From contig NC_016893.1 in assembly GCF_000247565.1 (NCBI RefSeq), forward strand, positions 60,001 to 92,000: a DNA stretch of 32,000 bases. Reading direction: 5' to 3'. Source of the DNA: Wigglesworthia glossinidia endosymbiont of Glossina morsitans morsitans (Yale colony) (GTDB lineage: Bacteria; Pseudomonadota; Gammaproteobacteria; Enterobacterales; Enterobacteriaceae). Every line of letters starts with the position of its first letter. Position 1 is the stretch's first letter. The position numbers and the translations under genes are program-made. Shown piece after piece: positions 18,063-27,530 of the stretch. The notes beneath the pieces were generated by a model. That model saw only the letters and a program-made list of their open reading frames with translations, was not told where the DNA came from and made no database searches.

Positions 18063-19031
18063 ATGAAAAATACAAATATAGAAAAAAAATCTAATTTTTT
18101 GAAACAATTTAATACTAAAATTTTTGCCAATATAAAATCAAGCTTAATTAACAGCCAAAAATATTTTGGCAAAAAATTGTCTAACATTTTTCAATCTAAA
18201 CAAATAAATGAAACATTATTTAATGAAATTGAAACACATTTGTTAAGTTCTGATTTAGGAGTACAAACTACAAAAAAAATTCTTGATAGTTTAATAATCG
18301 AAAATAAAAAAAAAAATATTGTATGTTCTAATGAATTATATATTTTACTTAAAAAAGAAATTTTGAATATTCTAATTAAAGTGCAAAAACCAATTACTTT
18401 TAACAAAAAAATGCCATTTATTATTTTAATGGTAGGCGTAAATGGTGTAGGAAAAACTACTACTATTGTAAAAATGGCATATAAATACAAGTCAGAAGGA
18501 AAAAAAGTAGTAATAGTAGCAGGAGATACATTTCGTGCTGGAGCCATAGAACAAATAAAAATATTAGGAGATAAATACGATATTCCAGTAATTTATGATT
18601 ATTATAAATCTGATGCGGCTTCAATAATATTTATGGCAATTAATTATGCCAAAAAAAATAAAATTCAAATTTTAATTATAGATACTGCAGGAAGATTACA
18701 TAATAAAATTAATTTAATGAAAGAACTTAAAAAAATAGTACAAGTTATTAAAAAATTAGATTTTACAGCTCCGCATGAAACTATGATCGCTATTGATGCA
18801 CATACCGGTCAAAATACTATAAATCAGGTAAAAATTTTTAACAACATTATCGATATTAGCGGAATTACATTAACAAAATTAGACGGTACTGCAAAAGGTG
18901 GAGCAATTATTGGATTAGCGAATGAATTTCATATTCCTATTCGTTATATTGGATATGGCAAACATGTTCAAGATTTATACCAATTTCAATCTAGTACATT
19001 TGTAGAAGCATTATTTTCTCAAAAAAAATAA
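18063..19031 (+). CDS. ftsY: Signal recognition particle receptor FtsY, NG domain only
   Basis: 322 aa. 'PFIILMVGVNGVGKTTTI.K', 'AGDTFRAGAIEQ', 'IDTAGRL.NK..LM.ELKKI', 'TKLDGTAKGG' and 'IPIRYIG.G' are SRP-GTPase G1-G5 motifs. Only about 15 residues precede the N domain, whereas E. coli has an acidic A domain of about 195 aa. Confidence 0.95.
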   Translation: MKNTNIEKKSNFLKQFNTKIFANIKSSLINSQKYFGKKLSNIFQSKQINETLFNEIETHLLSSDLGVQTTKKILDSLIIENKKKNIVCSNELYILLKKEILNILIKVQKPITFNKKMPFIILMVGVNGVGKTTTIVKMAYKYKSEGKKVVIVAGDTFRAGAIEQIKILGDKYDIPVIYDYYKSDAASIIFMAINYAKKNKIQILIIDTAGRLHNKINLMKELKKIVQVIKKLDFTAPHETMIAIDAHTGQNTINQVKIFNNIIDISGITLTKLDGTAKGGAIIGLANEFHIPIRYIGYGKHVQDLYQFQSSTFVEALFSQKK

Positions 19032-19182
19032 AATTTTTGTTACTTATAATTGAAGGTATTATACATAACAATTAATTTAAAAAAAGTTAATTTAAATTTT
19101 TTAAAATTATTAATTTTTAACAAATTTATTGTAATAAATTTAATAAATATATAATATATTTTACTATATTTTGAGGAAATAT

Positions 19183-20028
19183 ATGAAAAATATAAACACT
19201 TTAACATGTGTTACACAAAGTAGCTTAGAAGCATATATTAAAACTGCCAACTCTTATTCTATGTTAAGTATAGAAGAAGAAAAATTTTTAACTAAACGAC
19301 TGCACTATAATAGAGATTTATTAGCAGCAAAAAAATTAATATTATCTCATTTAAGATTTGTAATTCATATTGCACGAAATTATTCTGGATATGGATTACC
19401 TCAAGCTGACTTAATTCAAGAAGGTAATGTCGGATTAATGAAAGCCGTGCGTAGATTTAATCCAGAAATTGGCGTACGATTAGTATCGTTTGCAGTACAT
19501 TGGATTAAAGCTGAAATTCATGAATATGTTTTAAGAAATTGGAGAATTGTGAAAGTTGCTACTACTAAAGCACAAAGAAAATTGTTTTTTAATTTACGTA
19601 AAGCTAAAAAAAAACTTGGATGGTTTAATCAATACGAAGTAGATATGTTAGCTAAAACTCTTGGCGTTACAAGTAAAGATGTGAGGGAAATGGAATCCAG
19701 AATGTCTGCACAAGATATGAGATTTGATTTTCATTTAGAAGAAGAAAAAAATAAAAGATGTTCCACGCGTTATTTAAAAGATAAAACTTCAAATTTTGCC
19801 AATCTTATTGCAGAAGATAACTGGGATCTTCATGCCACAGATAAATTATGTTCTGCATTATCTCAATTAGATCTCAGAAGTCAAGAAATTATACGTGCTC
19901 GTTGGCTTCAGGATGATAATAAAAGCACATTACAGATGTTGGCTAAAAAATATGGTATTTCAGCAGAAAGAGTACGTCAATTAGAACAAAACGCTATGAA
20001 AAAAATTCGTTTTTCTGTAGAATCTTAA
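19183..20028 (+). CDS. rpoH: RNA polymerase heat-shock sigma factor sigma-32 (RpoH)
   Basis: '[85 protein letters not shown]' is nearly identical to E. coli RpoH, including the RpoH box. The ORF-track start (TTG at 19171) is probably over-extended. The ATG at 19183 (MKNINTL...) aligns with the E. coli N-terminus and has GAGG (19173-19176) upstream. Confidence 0.96.
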   Translation: MKNINTLTCVTQSSLEAYIKTANSYSMLSIEEEKFLTKRLHYNRDLLAAKKLILSHLRFVIHIARNYSGYGLPQADLIQEGNVGLMKAVRRFNPEIGVRLVSFAVHWIKAEIHEYVLRNWRIVKVATTKAQRKLFFNLRKAKKKLGWFNQYEVDMLAKTLGVTSKDVREMESRMSAQDMRFDFHLEEEKNKRCSTRYLKDKTSNFANLIAEDNWDLHATDKLCSALSQLDLRSQEIIRARWLQDDNKSTLQMLAKKYGISAERVRQLEQNAMKKIRFSVES

Positions 20029-20059
20029 AAAGCAATTTTATTAAATAAAAATATATTTA

Positions 20060-21361
20060 TTATTTAAAAACATTATTTTTAAATACTTTTTTTGCTGCTG
20101 AAATTGTTTTATCTAGATCTTTTTTCTTATGTTTTAAAGAAACAAAATTTGATTCAGAAAAAGAAGGAGAAAACATTATTCCAAAATGTTGCATTTCTCG
20201 AAAAAAGAAATTAAATTTTTTTTTGCTACACAAAACAACATCTTGATACGATTGAATTTTTTTGTTTTTTGTAAAAAAAATACTAAACATGCTTCCACAT
20301 TGGTTAATTAATATAGAAACATTATTATTTTTTGCCACTTCATTGAGTCCATTTATTAGATAAGTTGTTTTTTTATTTAATTCGTTATATATCTCAGGAA
20401 ATTGCAAAATTTTTAAACAAGTATACCCTGCAATCATTGATATCGGATTTCCAGAAAAAGTACCGGCCTGATATACTGATCCTGTTGGAGTTAAATTTTG
20501 CATTATTTCTTTTTTTCCTCCAAATGCTCCGATAGGCAGTCCTCCTCCGATAATTTTACCAAGACAAGTGAGATCTGCATCAATTTTATAATAAGATTGC
20601 GCACCTCCTAAAGATATACGAAATCCAGTAATTACTTCATCCATAATTAATAAAGCATTAAAACGATTACACAAAATTCGTAATTGCTTTAAAAATTTAA
20701 TTTGTGATGGTATGCAACCCATATTTCCTGCGATAGGTTCAACAATAACACAAGCAATTTGATTAGAGAATAATTTAAATATTTTTTCTACACTTTCATA
20801 ATCATTATAAGGACATGATAAAGTTTCTGATAAAGCGCTTTCTGGAATTCCATCTGAAATAGATTGACTAGAAAATTCATTTTTTATATTTTTTTTAGAA
20901 CTACATGTTAATAGAAAATCCGAATGTCCATGATAACATCCATCAAATTTGATTATTTTATTTTTTTGAGTATATGCTCTTGCTAATCTTATTGCACTCA
21001 TTGTAGCTTCTGTACCTGAATTTACCATGCGTATCATTTCAATTGAAGGCATACATTTAGATATTAATTGCGCTATTTTTATTTCTATTTCAGTTAATAA
21101 ACCAAAATGTAATCCATTATTTATAAATTTTTTTATTTGAGATTTAATTTGTATATTATTATGCCCTAAAATTATTGCACCCCAAGTACAGATATAATCT
21201 ATATAACAATTTTTATTAATATCAAATAAGTATGGGCCATATGCTTTTTTTATAATTGAAGGAGTTGTTTGAACTGAACTAAATGCACGTATTGGCGAAT
21301 TTACACCTCCTGGCATAATTTTTTTTGCTTGCATGTATAGATTATTTAAGTTTATATTCAT
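20060..21361 (-). CDS. hemL: Glutamate-1-semialdehyde 2,1-aminomutase (heme biosynthesis)
   Basis: 433 aa. 'PGGVNSP.RAF', 'RMVNSGTEATMSAIRLAR', 'IKF.GCYHGH', 'IVEP.AGNM', 'DEV.TGFR', 'DLTCLGKIIGGG.P.GAFGG' (PLP lysine) and 'YQAGT.SGNP' all match. Confidence 0.96.
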   Translation of the reverse strand: MNINLNNLYMQAKKIMPGGVNSPIRAFSSVQTTPSIIKKAYGPYLFDINKNCYIDYICTWGAIILGHNNIQIKSQIKKFINNGLHFGLLTEIEIKIAQLISKCMPSIEMIRMVNSGTEATMSAIRLARAYTQKNKIIKFDGCYHGHSDFLLTCSSKKNIKNEFSSQSISDGIPESALSETLSCPYNDYESVEKIFKLFSNQIACVIVEPIAGNMGCIPSQIKFLKQLRILCNRFNALLIMDEVITGFRISLGGAQSYYKIDADLTCLGKIIGGGLPIGAFGGKKEIMQNLTPTGSVYQAGTFSGNPISMIAGYTCLKILQFPEIYNELNKKTTYLINGLNEVAKNNNVSILINQCGSMFSIFFTKNKKIQSYQDVVLCSKKKFNFFFREMQHFGIMFSPSFSESNFVSLKHKKKDLDKTISAAKKVFKNNVFK

Positions 21362-21506
21362 AAAATATTATTTTCTATTAGCATTTTATATATTTAAGTC
21401 AATATAAATAATTATAACTAAAAATTAATTAAATAACATGTAGTTTTTTATTAAAAAATCATATTTAAATAAAAAAATAAATGTTATTTACAATAAAATA
21501 TAAACT

Positions 21507-21845
21507 ATGAATACTAAAAACTTATTAAATTTAAAACTAACAGATCTTGCTATAAAAAAAATTCAGGAACTTTTGCAGTGCCAATTAAATAAAAAATTTA
21601 GAATATATATTTCTGGAGGAGGGTGTAATGGATTTCAATATAATTTTATGATTGATGATAAAATAAGCGAAGAAGACTCTATAATTTCATTTTCTAAAAT
21701 TGACGTAGTAGTTGATTTTATAAGCCTGCAATATTTGATTGGTGGTACTATAGATTATAAAGAAGAACTGTTAGAATCATGTTTTTTTGTTATCAATCCA
21801 AATGCTAAAACTACTTGCAGTTGTGGAATATCGTTTAGCATTTAA
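21507..21845 (+). CDS. erpA: Iron-sulfur cluster insertion (A-type carrier) protein ErpA
   Basis: 112 aa. 'R.YI.GGGC.GFQY.F..DD' and the C-terminal 'NPNAKTTCSCGISFSI' match E. coli ErpA (C-x(n)-C-G-C). It lies next to hemL, as in E. coli. Confidence 0.92.
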   Translation: MNTKNLLNLKLTDLAIKKIQELLQCQLNKKFRIYISGGGCNGFQYNFMIDDKISEEDSIISFSKIDVVVDFISLQYLIGGTIDYKEELLESCFFVINPNAKTTCSCGISFSI

Positions 21846-21992
21846 TTGTCAAAATATATTTAAAATCATTATTATATTTTAAATGAAATTCAAACATTGA
21901 AATTAGTTTTAATACAAACGATTTTAAATTTTATTAAAAAATTATTTATTTAAACGCATATATATTGTTCTTTTTTGAAACAAGAAAATAGC

Positions 21993-23054
21993 TTAATAAG
22001 CTTTCTCTAAGTGATATACTTTAAATAAATATCTACGTGATTCTAAAGATGAATGACGTTTGCATATCAATTGATATACATCATCAGGATGTAAATGATT
22101 AATAATCTGAAAAGCTTTTATTTGATTACGAGAAAATACTTCTAACATAGCAGTCACGCCACCATGATAAGATGCAATCGTTGCATACTTTTTAGATATA
22201 GGATTAATAATAGCACTTAAGTAAGTATCACGTAATAAAGATAAATAAGCAGTTCCAATATCTATATTTTTTTCTGGATTTAACAAAATTTTTTTACTAG
22301 GACTTCCTAGTTTACCTTGCATTTTAAATACATCTCTACCGGCAGTATTTTGCACAATTTGCATTAATCCTACTGCTTTAGAACTACTTATAGCGTATGG
22401 ATTAAAATTCGATTCAGCTTCTATAATTGCTAAAATTAAAGATTTATCGATATTATATTTCTTTGAAGCTTTATAAATAAAATTTAAATATTTATGTGCT
22501 CTTTTATTAGATCTATCAAACTTTAAAGGTATTTTAATAGACCAAACTTGGTTAATATTCATATAATATGTTTTTAATTTTGTTTTCAATAAATAATCTG
22601 CAAATTTGTTTGCACGCCATTGATGACGTACAGGAACGCCATGATGATCTAACACTTGACCATATAGTAATGGTTCTTTTCTAGAAAAATTAGAATATTG
22701 ACTATTAAAATCAAAATCTGAAAAATCATTATTCATTAATAATGCAATCACAATTGCTTTATGTAAATAAGCCTTTGGATCTTGACGCATAGTAGTTTCA
22801 ATAATAATATTTTTAAAAAGAAAGTCTATATGAATTATAGTAATGTTATTATATGTAATTTTAGAAAAATTTTTTGGATCAATAATAAAAATTTTATTAT
22901 TTTCCCATAAACTTTCTGAATTTTGAGATGTATTCTGAATAATAATATTGAGGCTATTGCTGTATTTGTTTGGATTTTGATCAATTTTATTTTGGCTGTT
23001 AGAGCAAGAAGTTTGTAAAAAAATTATAATTAGCAAAAAAGGTATATTTTTCAT
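21993..23054 (-). CDS. mltC: Membrane-bound lytic murein transglycosylase C (lipoprotein)
   Basis: 'KRAHKYL', 'SLILAIIEAESNFNPYAISSSKAVGLMQIVQNTAGRDVF' (SLT catalytic Glu), 'NIDIGTAYL' and 'ESRRYL.KV' match E. coli MltC. It is downstream of mutY-yggX, as in E. coli. The ORF-track start at 23069 is TTG. The ATG at 23054 gives MKNIPFLLIIIFLQTSC, a lipoprotein-type signal ending in Cys, as in E. coli MltC. Confidence 0.93.
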   Translation of the reverse strand: MKNIPFLLIIIFLQTSCSNSQNKIDQNPNKYSNSLNIIIQNTSQNSESLWENNKIFIIDPKNFSKITYNNITIIHIDFLFKNIIIETTMRQDPKAYLHKAIVIALLMNNDFSDFDFNSQYSNFSRKEPLLYGQVLDHHGVPVRHQWRANKFADYLLKTKLKTYYMNINQVWSIKIPLKFDRSNKRAHKYLNFIYKASKKYNIDKSLILAIIEAESNFNPYAISSSKAVGLMQIVQNTAGRDVFKMQGKLGSPSKKILLNPEKNIDIGTAYLSLLRDTYLSAIINPISKKYATIASYHGGVTAMLEVFSRNQIKAFQIINHLHPDDVYQLICKRHSSLESRRYLFKVYHLEKAY

Positions 23055-23122
23055 AAAAATTTGAATCAAATTAAATTTAATTTTTTAATATATTTAGAAT
23101 TTTAATCTGATTTAATGTAATT

Positions 23123-23365
23123 TTAATTTTGATTTTTTTTGAATAAAAAATCAATCATTTTTTTCTCTATCAATTTGCGATCATTTATGTTTATCATATT
23201 AAGTTTTTTTTCATTAATTAATACTGTTTGATAATTTTGCCAAATTTTCCAGGCTTCCTTAGAAATATGATTATGAATACGTATTCCTAAGGCTCCTGGA
23301 TATGGCGGAAAGTCTAATTGTTCACTAGTTTGATTTAGAAAAGTACAAAAAAATTTTTTTTTCAT
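23123..23365 (-). CDS. yggX: Fe(2+)-trafficking / oxidative-damage protection protein YggX
   Basis: 80 aa. 'FCTFL......[31 protein letters not shown]...RKL.E..M..FLF' is collinear with E. coli YggX. Confidence 0.93.
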   Translation of the reverse strand: MKKKFFCTFLNQTSEQLDFPPYPGALGIRIHNHISKEAWKIWQNYQTVLINEKKLNMININDRKLIEKKMIDFLFKKNQN

Positions 23366-23416
23366 ATTGTTTCCTAAAATTAAAAATTTTACATAAATTT
23401 ATGATTTAAATCACTG

Positions 23417-24463
23417 TTAATTTATTATTTTTAATATTTTTTTTACTGGTGCTGGTATTCCAATTTTGGGTGGATTATTTAATTTATACCAAATAAATTC
23501 TTTTCCGAAAAAAGATTCTTGTATATGGTTTTTTACAATTATTTTAATTGGTATAATATATAAATTTAGATTACATAGTCTATGTCTTATATTTTTCATT
23601 TTTTCTATAGAATCTATTTGAATTTTTTTGATATTTAACCAAATAAATAATAATTTTCGACAACTAAAATAAGGAAAACAAAATAGATCTTTCCAAATTT
23701 TGGATGATGTTTGATGTTGTAATAAAATTGACTGATTACTTTTTTTAATTAATATTAAATTCCATATTTCTATGTTAGAAATACAATATTTTTTTACTTT
23801 TTTTAATAAACTAAAATCATTAAAAGATTGATTAATGTATGTTTTACAATTCATGCTTATCGGGCATATTAAACATTTTGGATGATGTTTAGTACAAATT
23901 TGTGAACCAAGATCCATGATGCCTTGATTAAAATTACCGCAATTTTTTTCAGGCATAATTTTTTCGAGATATTTCCAGAAGTATTTTTCTCTTTTTTCAG
24001 AATATACAATAGATAGATATCTGCTAAATAATCTTTTGACATTTCCATCTAATATTGGATATTTTTTATCGTATACTGACGATAATATTGCACCTGCAGT
24101 AGAACGTCCTATTCCTGGAAATTTTAGTAAAATGTAAAAATCTTTTGGAAATTTACCATTAAATTCATTTTGAATAATTTGACTTGTTTTATATATATTA
24201 CGTGCTCGTGCATAATATCCTAGCCCAGACCATAAATGTAAAATATGATCTAAAGAAGCTTGAGATAATGAATAAATGTTTGGATATTTTTTAATAAATT
24301 TACTGAAGTAAATTTTTACTTTTTTTACTTGAGTTTGTTGTAACATAATTTCTGATATCCAAACTTTATAAATTGTTTTATTTATTTGCCAAGGTAAGTT
24401 TTTCCTGCCGAATGCTTGATGCCAAAATAATATTTTAGAAGAAATAGTTAAAATGTTTTTCAT
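23417..24463 (-). CDS. mutY: Adenine DNA glycosylase MutY
   Basis: 348 aa. 'LPWQ....YKVWISEIMLQQTQV' and 'W.GLGYYARARN' match. The HhH element is 'LPGIGRSTAGAILS'. The 4Fe-4S ligand set C-x6-C-x2-C-x5-C is 'CTKHHPKCLICPISMNC'. A C-terminal NUDIX-like domain is present. Confidence 0.95.
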   Translation of the reverse strand: MKNILTISSKILFWHQAFGRKNLPWQINKTIYKVWISEIMLQQTQVKKVKIYFSKFIKKYPNIYSLSQASLDHILHLWSGLGYYARARNIYKTSQIIQNEFNGKFPKDFYILLKFPGIGRSTAGAILSSVYDKKYPILDGNVKRLFSRYLSIVYSEKREKYFWKYLEKIMPEKNCGNFNQGIMDLGSQICTKHHPKCLICPISMNCKTYINQSFNDFSLLKKVKKYCISNIEIWNLILIKKSNQSILLQHQTSSKIWKDLFCFPYFSCRKLLFIWLNIKKIQIDSIEKMKNIRHRLCNLNLYIIPIKIIVKNHIQESFFGKEFIWYKLNNPPKIGIPAPVKKILKIIN

Positions 24464-25241
24464 ATATGATTTAAAAATGTTTTAAATAATAAAAATTATA
24501 AATTTTACTAAAATAAAATTCTGATTTATCACATGAAAAAAAAATAATCATGTTCGTATTTTTGTTACACTTCGATGACAATTAAAAGAAAATAAAATTT
24601 TAATTTTATATGAATATTAAAAAATATACATTTTATTAAAGATAGCTTTTCACTGATGAAAATCTTTTAAAAGAATATTAATAATTATAATCTAATTTGA
24701 TTTTAAATAAGCAATATATTTGATGAAAATTTTTAGAAAATTTAAAAAAATTTTAGTTTTAGTATATTTTTTTAAAATTTTATTTTTAAAGTTAATTACG
24801 ATTAAAAAAAATAAAATTTATTCGGATATATCAAATTTTTTGAAAAAACATTAAAATTTATTGATAAAAATCACATTATATCATAAATCAAATACTTCTT
24901 ATTAGGTTCTTTTAGTAAATTTTGATGTCATAAAAAATAATTTTTAAAAAATTATTTATTCAAAATTTATATTAAAAATCAATTTTAAAAATTTTTTAAT
25001 TTATACTATAAATTTAGAATTTTAAATGAACTATGTATAATGTAACACTTAAAAATTTAAAATTATCCCCCTGTATTATTCGCAAAGCTAACATGTAATA
25101 AAACTTCAGATTATCTCTATCAATAAAAAAATTTAACCTATACTTTTATAGTAATTATTGAAATAAAAATTTAAAAAATTTTTAATGATGAAAAAAATTA
25201 ATTGCGTAATTTTATTTGTAATAAATACGTAGAAAAATACA

Positions 25242-25835
25242 TTATGAATAAATTATTTTATTAATCATTTTTTTAATTGCTTTACTTCTATGTGATATTC
25301 GTGTTTTTTCTTTTAAAGTAAGCTCTGAAAGCATTTTATTATGATTGATAAGAAAAAAAATTGGATCGTATCCAAAACCATTTTTACTTTTTGATATAAA
25401 TTTTGCAATAACTCCATTTAAAGATCCTTCTACAACTATTGGAATTGGATCTTCAGGAAAACGTACATATGCTAAAGCACAATATAACTGTGCATTACGT
25501 TCAGACATTTTAAAATTAGACATTTCTTTTAAAACTTTTTCAATATTACTTTTATCTGTAGATAATGCGCCGCAAAATCGTGAAGAATAAACGCCGGGTT
25601 TTCCATTTAACATTTTTATAATTAATCCGGAATCGTCAGCTAACGCTGGAAACCCCGATTTAGATGCATGACGTGCTTTTATCAATGCATTTTCTATAAA
25701 TGTTGGTGCAGATTCAACAACTTTTTCTATATTTAAATTTTTTTGAGAAATTACTTCAATTTTTTCTTTATATAACAATTCTTTAAATTCATTGATTTTA
25801 TTTTGATTAGTTGTTGCTAAAATGATTTTTTTCAT
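25242..25835 (-). CDS. rdgB: dITP/XTP pyrophosphatase RdgB (non-canonical purine NTP house-cleaning)
   Basis: 197 aa. 'ILATTNQNKINEF', 'ESAPTFIENALIKARHASK', 'ALADDSGL', 'PGVYSSRF', 'GFGYDPIFF' and 'K..ISHR..A' match E. coli RdgB. Confidence 0.94.
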   Translation of the reverse strand: MKKIILATTNQNKINEFKELLYKEKIEVISQKNLNIEKVVESAPTFIENALIKARHASKSGFPALADDSGLIIKMLNGKPGVYSSRFCGALSTDKSNIEKVLKEMSNFKMSERNAQLYCALAYVRFPEDPIPIVVEGSLNGVIAKFISKSKNGFGYDPIFFLINHNKMLSELTLKEKTRISHRSKAIKKMINKIIYS

Positions 25836-25981
25836 GTGTATATTTTTAATATTAATTTATAACAAGAGTATAAAACGCATTTTTGTCTAAAACATTCAGG
25901 ATTTTATTTATTTTTGAATAAAATTAATTAATACATGAAATATGCTAAAAATTTGATATTTAAATATAAAAACAATATAAT

Positions 25982-26800
25982 TTAATTCGCAGCATTTTCG
26001 ATTTCTTTTGCTTTATCAGCTGCAGATCGCATAGATTTTTCAATAATTTTTTGAAAATTATATTGTTCAAATACATTTAGTGCAGCTTCTGTCGTACCGC
26101 CTTTAGAAACCACATGATGTTTCAAAACTTGAAACGATTTATCATGAAAATATTCTGCTAACATAGCAGACCCTTTTGCTGTTTGCACAATAAGTTCTTT
26201 GATATATTCTACATTTAAACCCATTTTTTGTGCAGATTTTTGCATGCATTCCATCATAAGAAAAAAATATGCAGGTGCACTAGAAGCGGCTGCAATAATA
26301 TAATTTAATTCGTTTTCATGTGATAACCAAAACGTTTTACTAATTTTACTAAAAAGTTCTGTTATCATTTCTTTTTGATTTTTATTTATTTTTTGAGCAT
26401 ATAATCCAGTAACACCTTGATTAATTAATACAGGAGTATTTGGCATAGCGCGTACTATAGTGGCGTTTTTATTTGAAATATACTCATGAATTTTTTTAAC
26501 AGTAACACCTGCGGCTACAGAAATAATAATTTTTTTTGATAAATTTTCTATATCTTTTATTTCTGAACATACTATAGGAATTACATTAGGTTTAACGGCT
26601 AAAATGATTATATCTCCTATGTGCATTCCGTGCGTATTATTTTTAAAATTTTTCAATGAACATTGATTTGAAATTGCAGTACGACTTTGCTCGTCAGGAG
26701 AGCAAATACAAATATTTTCTTTTAAATATTTTGATGAGATTAATCCTAAAATCATAGATTCTGCTATTTTTCCTGATCCGATAAATGTTAATTTTTTCAT
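25982..26800 (-). CDS. proC: Pyrroline-5-carboxylate reductase
   Basis: 272 aa. It has N-terminal Rossmann 'FIGSGKIAESM', plus 'ILAVKP', 'ISVAAGVT', 'VRAMPNTP', 'SSAPAYFF' and 'V.SKGGTTEAAL'. It lies 19 nt downstream of yggS, with AAAGGA before the ATG. Confidence 0.94.
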   Translation of the reverse strand: MKKLTFIGSGKIAESMILGLISSKYLKENICICSPDEQSRTAISNQCSLKNFKNNTHGMHIGDIIILAVKPNVIPIVCSEIKDIENLSKKIIISVAAGVTVKKIHEYISNKNATIVRAMPNTPVLINQGVTGLYAQKINKNQKEMITELFSKISKTFWLSHENELNYIIAAASSAPAYFFLMMECMQKSAQKMGLNVEYIKELIVQTAKGSAMLAEYFHDKSFQVLKHHVVSKGGTTEAALNVFEQYNFQKIIEKSMRSAADKAKEIENAAN

Positions 26801-26819
26801 TTTTTTCCTTTTAATTTCA

Positions 26820-27530
26820 TTATTTTTTATTCTGAAAGATCCCGTTTCCTATGCGCAATAATGTACTTCCTTCTGCAATTGCTGCAATCATATCATTTGT
26901 CATTCCTGTAGATAAAATATCTATATTTGGGTAGATATTTTGTAAATTAAAGAAAACTTGGTATAAATTATAAAAATTTGCACGTTGTTTTACAAAATTA
27001 TTTGTTTTTATAGGAATCGCCATAATTCCTCTAAGTTTTAAATATATGCATTTTTTATGAATAAATTCTGCAATTGTTTGCACGTCTTTTAAATTTGCGC
27101 CGTATTTGCTCATTTCTTGATTAAGATTAATTTGAATTAATACTTGTAAAGATTTTTGTACTTTTTCTCGATGTTTATTAAGATTTTTAGCAACATTTAT
27201 GTGGCCAATAGTATGGCACCAATCAAAATATTTTGATACTAATATGCTTTTATTAGATTGAACTAATCCGATCATGTGCCAAACTAATTTATTTTTTGGT
27301 TGATTTTTTTTAAACCAAAGTATTTTATTTATTGCTTCTTGTGCATAACTTTCTCCAAAATGATTTTGTTTACACGCTTGAATTAATTGAATTTCTTCTG
27401 TAGAACGTGATTTGCTTACTACTAATAAGTTTATGTTTTTTGGATTTTTGTTATAAAGTTTAGCTGATTTTTTTATTAGTTCTTTTATTTTTTTAAAATT
27501 TTCTTGAATAACATGCATATTAAAACTCAT
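26820..27530 (-). CDS. yggS: PLP-homeostasis protein YggS (COG0325, alanine-racemase N-domain fold)
   Basis: 236 aa. 'LLVVSKSRS' (PLP-Lys), 'FGESY.QE', 'W.MIG..QSNK', 'FDWCHTI', 'LQVLIQINL..E.SK.G', 'LRGIMAIP', 'LS.GMT.DM..AI..GST..RIG..IF' are collinear with E. coli YggS. Confidence 0.94.
   Translation of the reverse strand: MSFNMHVIQENFKKIKELIKKSAKLYNKNPKNINLLVVSKSRSTEEIQLIQACKQNHFGESYAQEAINKILWFKKNQPKNKLVWHMIGLVQSNKSILVSKYFDWCHTIGHINVAKNLNKHREKVQKSLQVLIQINLNQEMSKYGANLKDVQTIAEFIHKKCIYLKLRGIMAIPIKTNNFVKQRANFYNLYQVFFNLQNIYPNIDILSTGMTNDMIAAIAEGSTLLRIGNGIFQNKK

Noticed and set aside
18191-18547. 118-aa minus-strand ORF inside ftsY
   Set aside because: It is antisense to the conserved FtsY G-domain (P-loop region). 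It is a shadow ORF.
24723-24854. 43-codon ORF (MKIFRKFKKILVLVYFFKILFLKLITIKKNKIYSDISNFLKKH) in the 778-bp spacer that superficially resembles a small membrane peptide
   Set aside because: F, I, K, L, N and Y are the default residues from random AT-rich DNA. There is no SD upstream, and I cannot evaluate conservation. It is not supportable from sequence alone.
25345-25590. 81-aa plus-strand ORF inside rdgB
   Set aside because: It is antisense to conserved rdgB, with no independent support.
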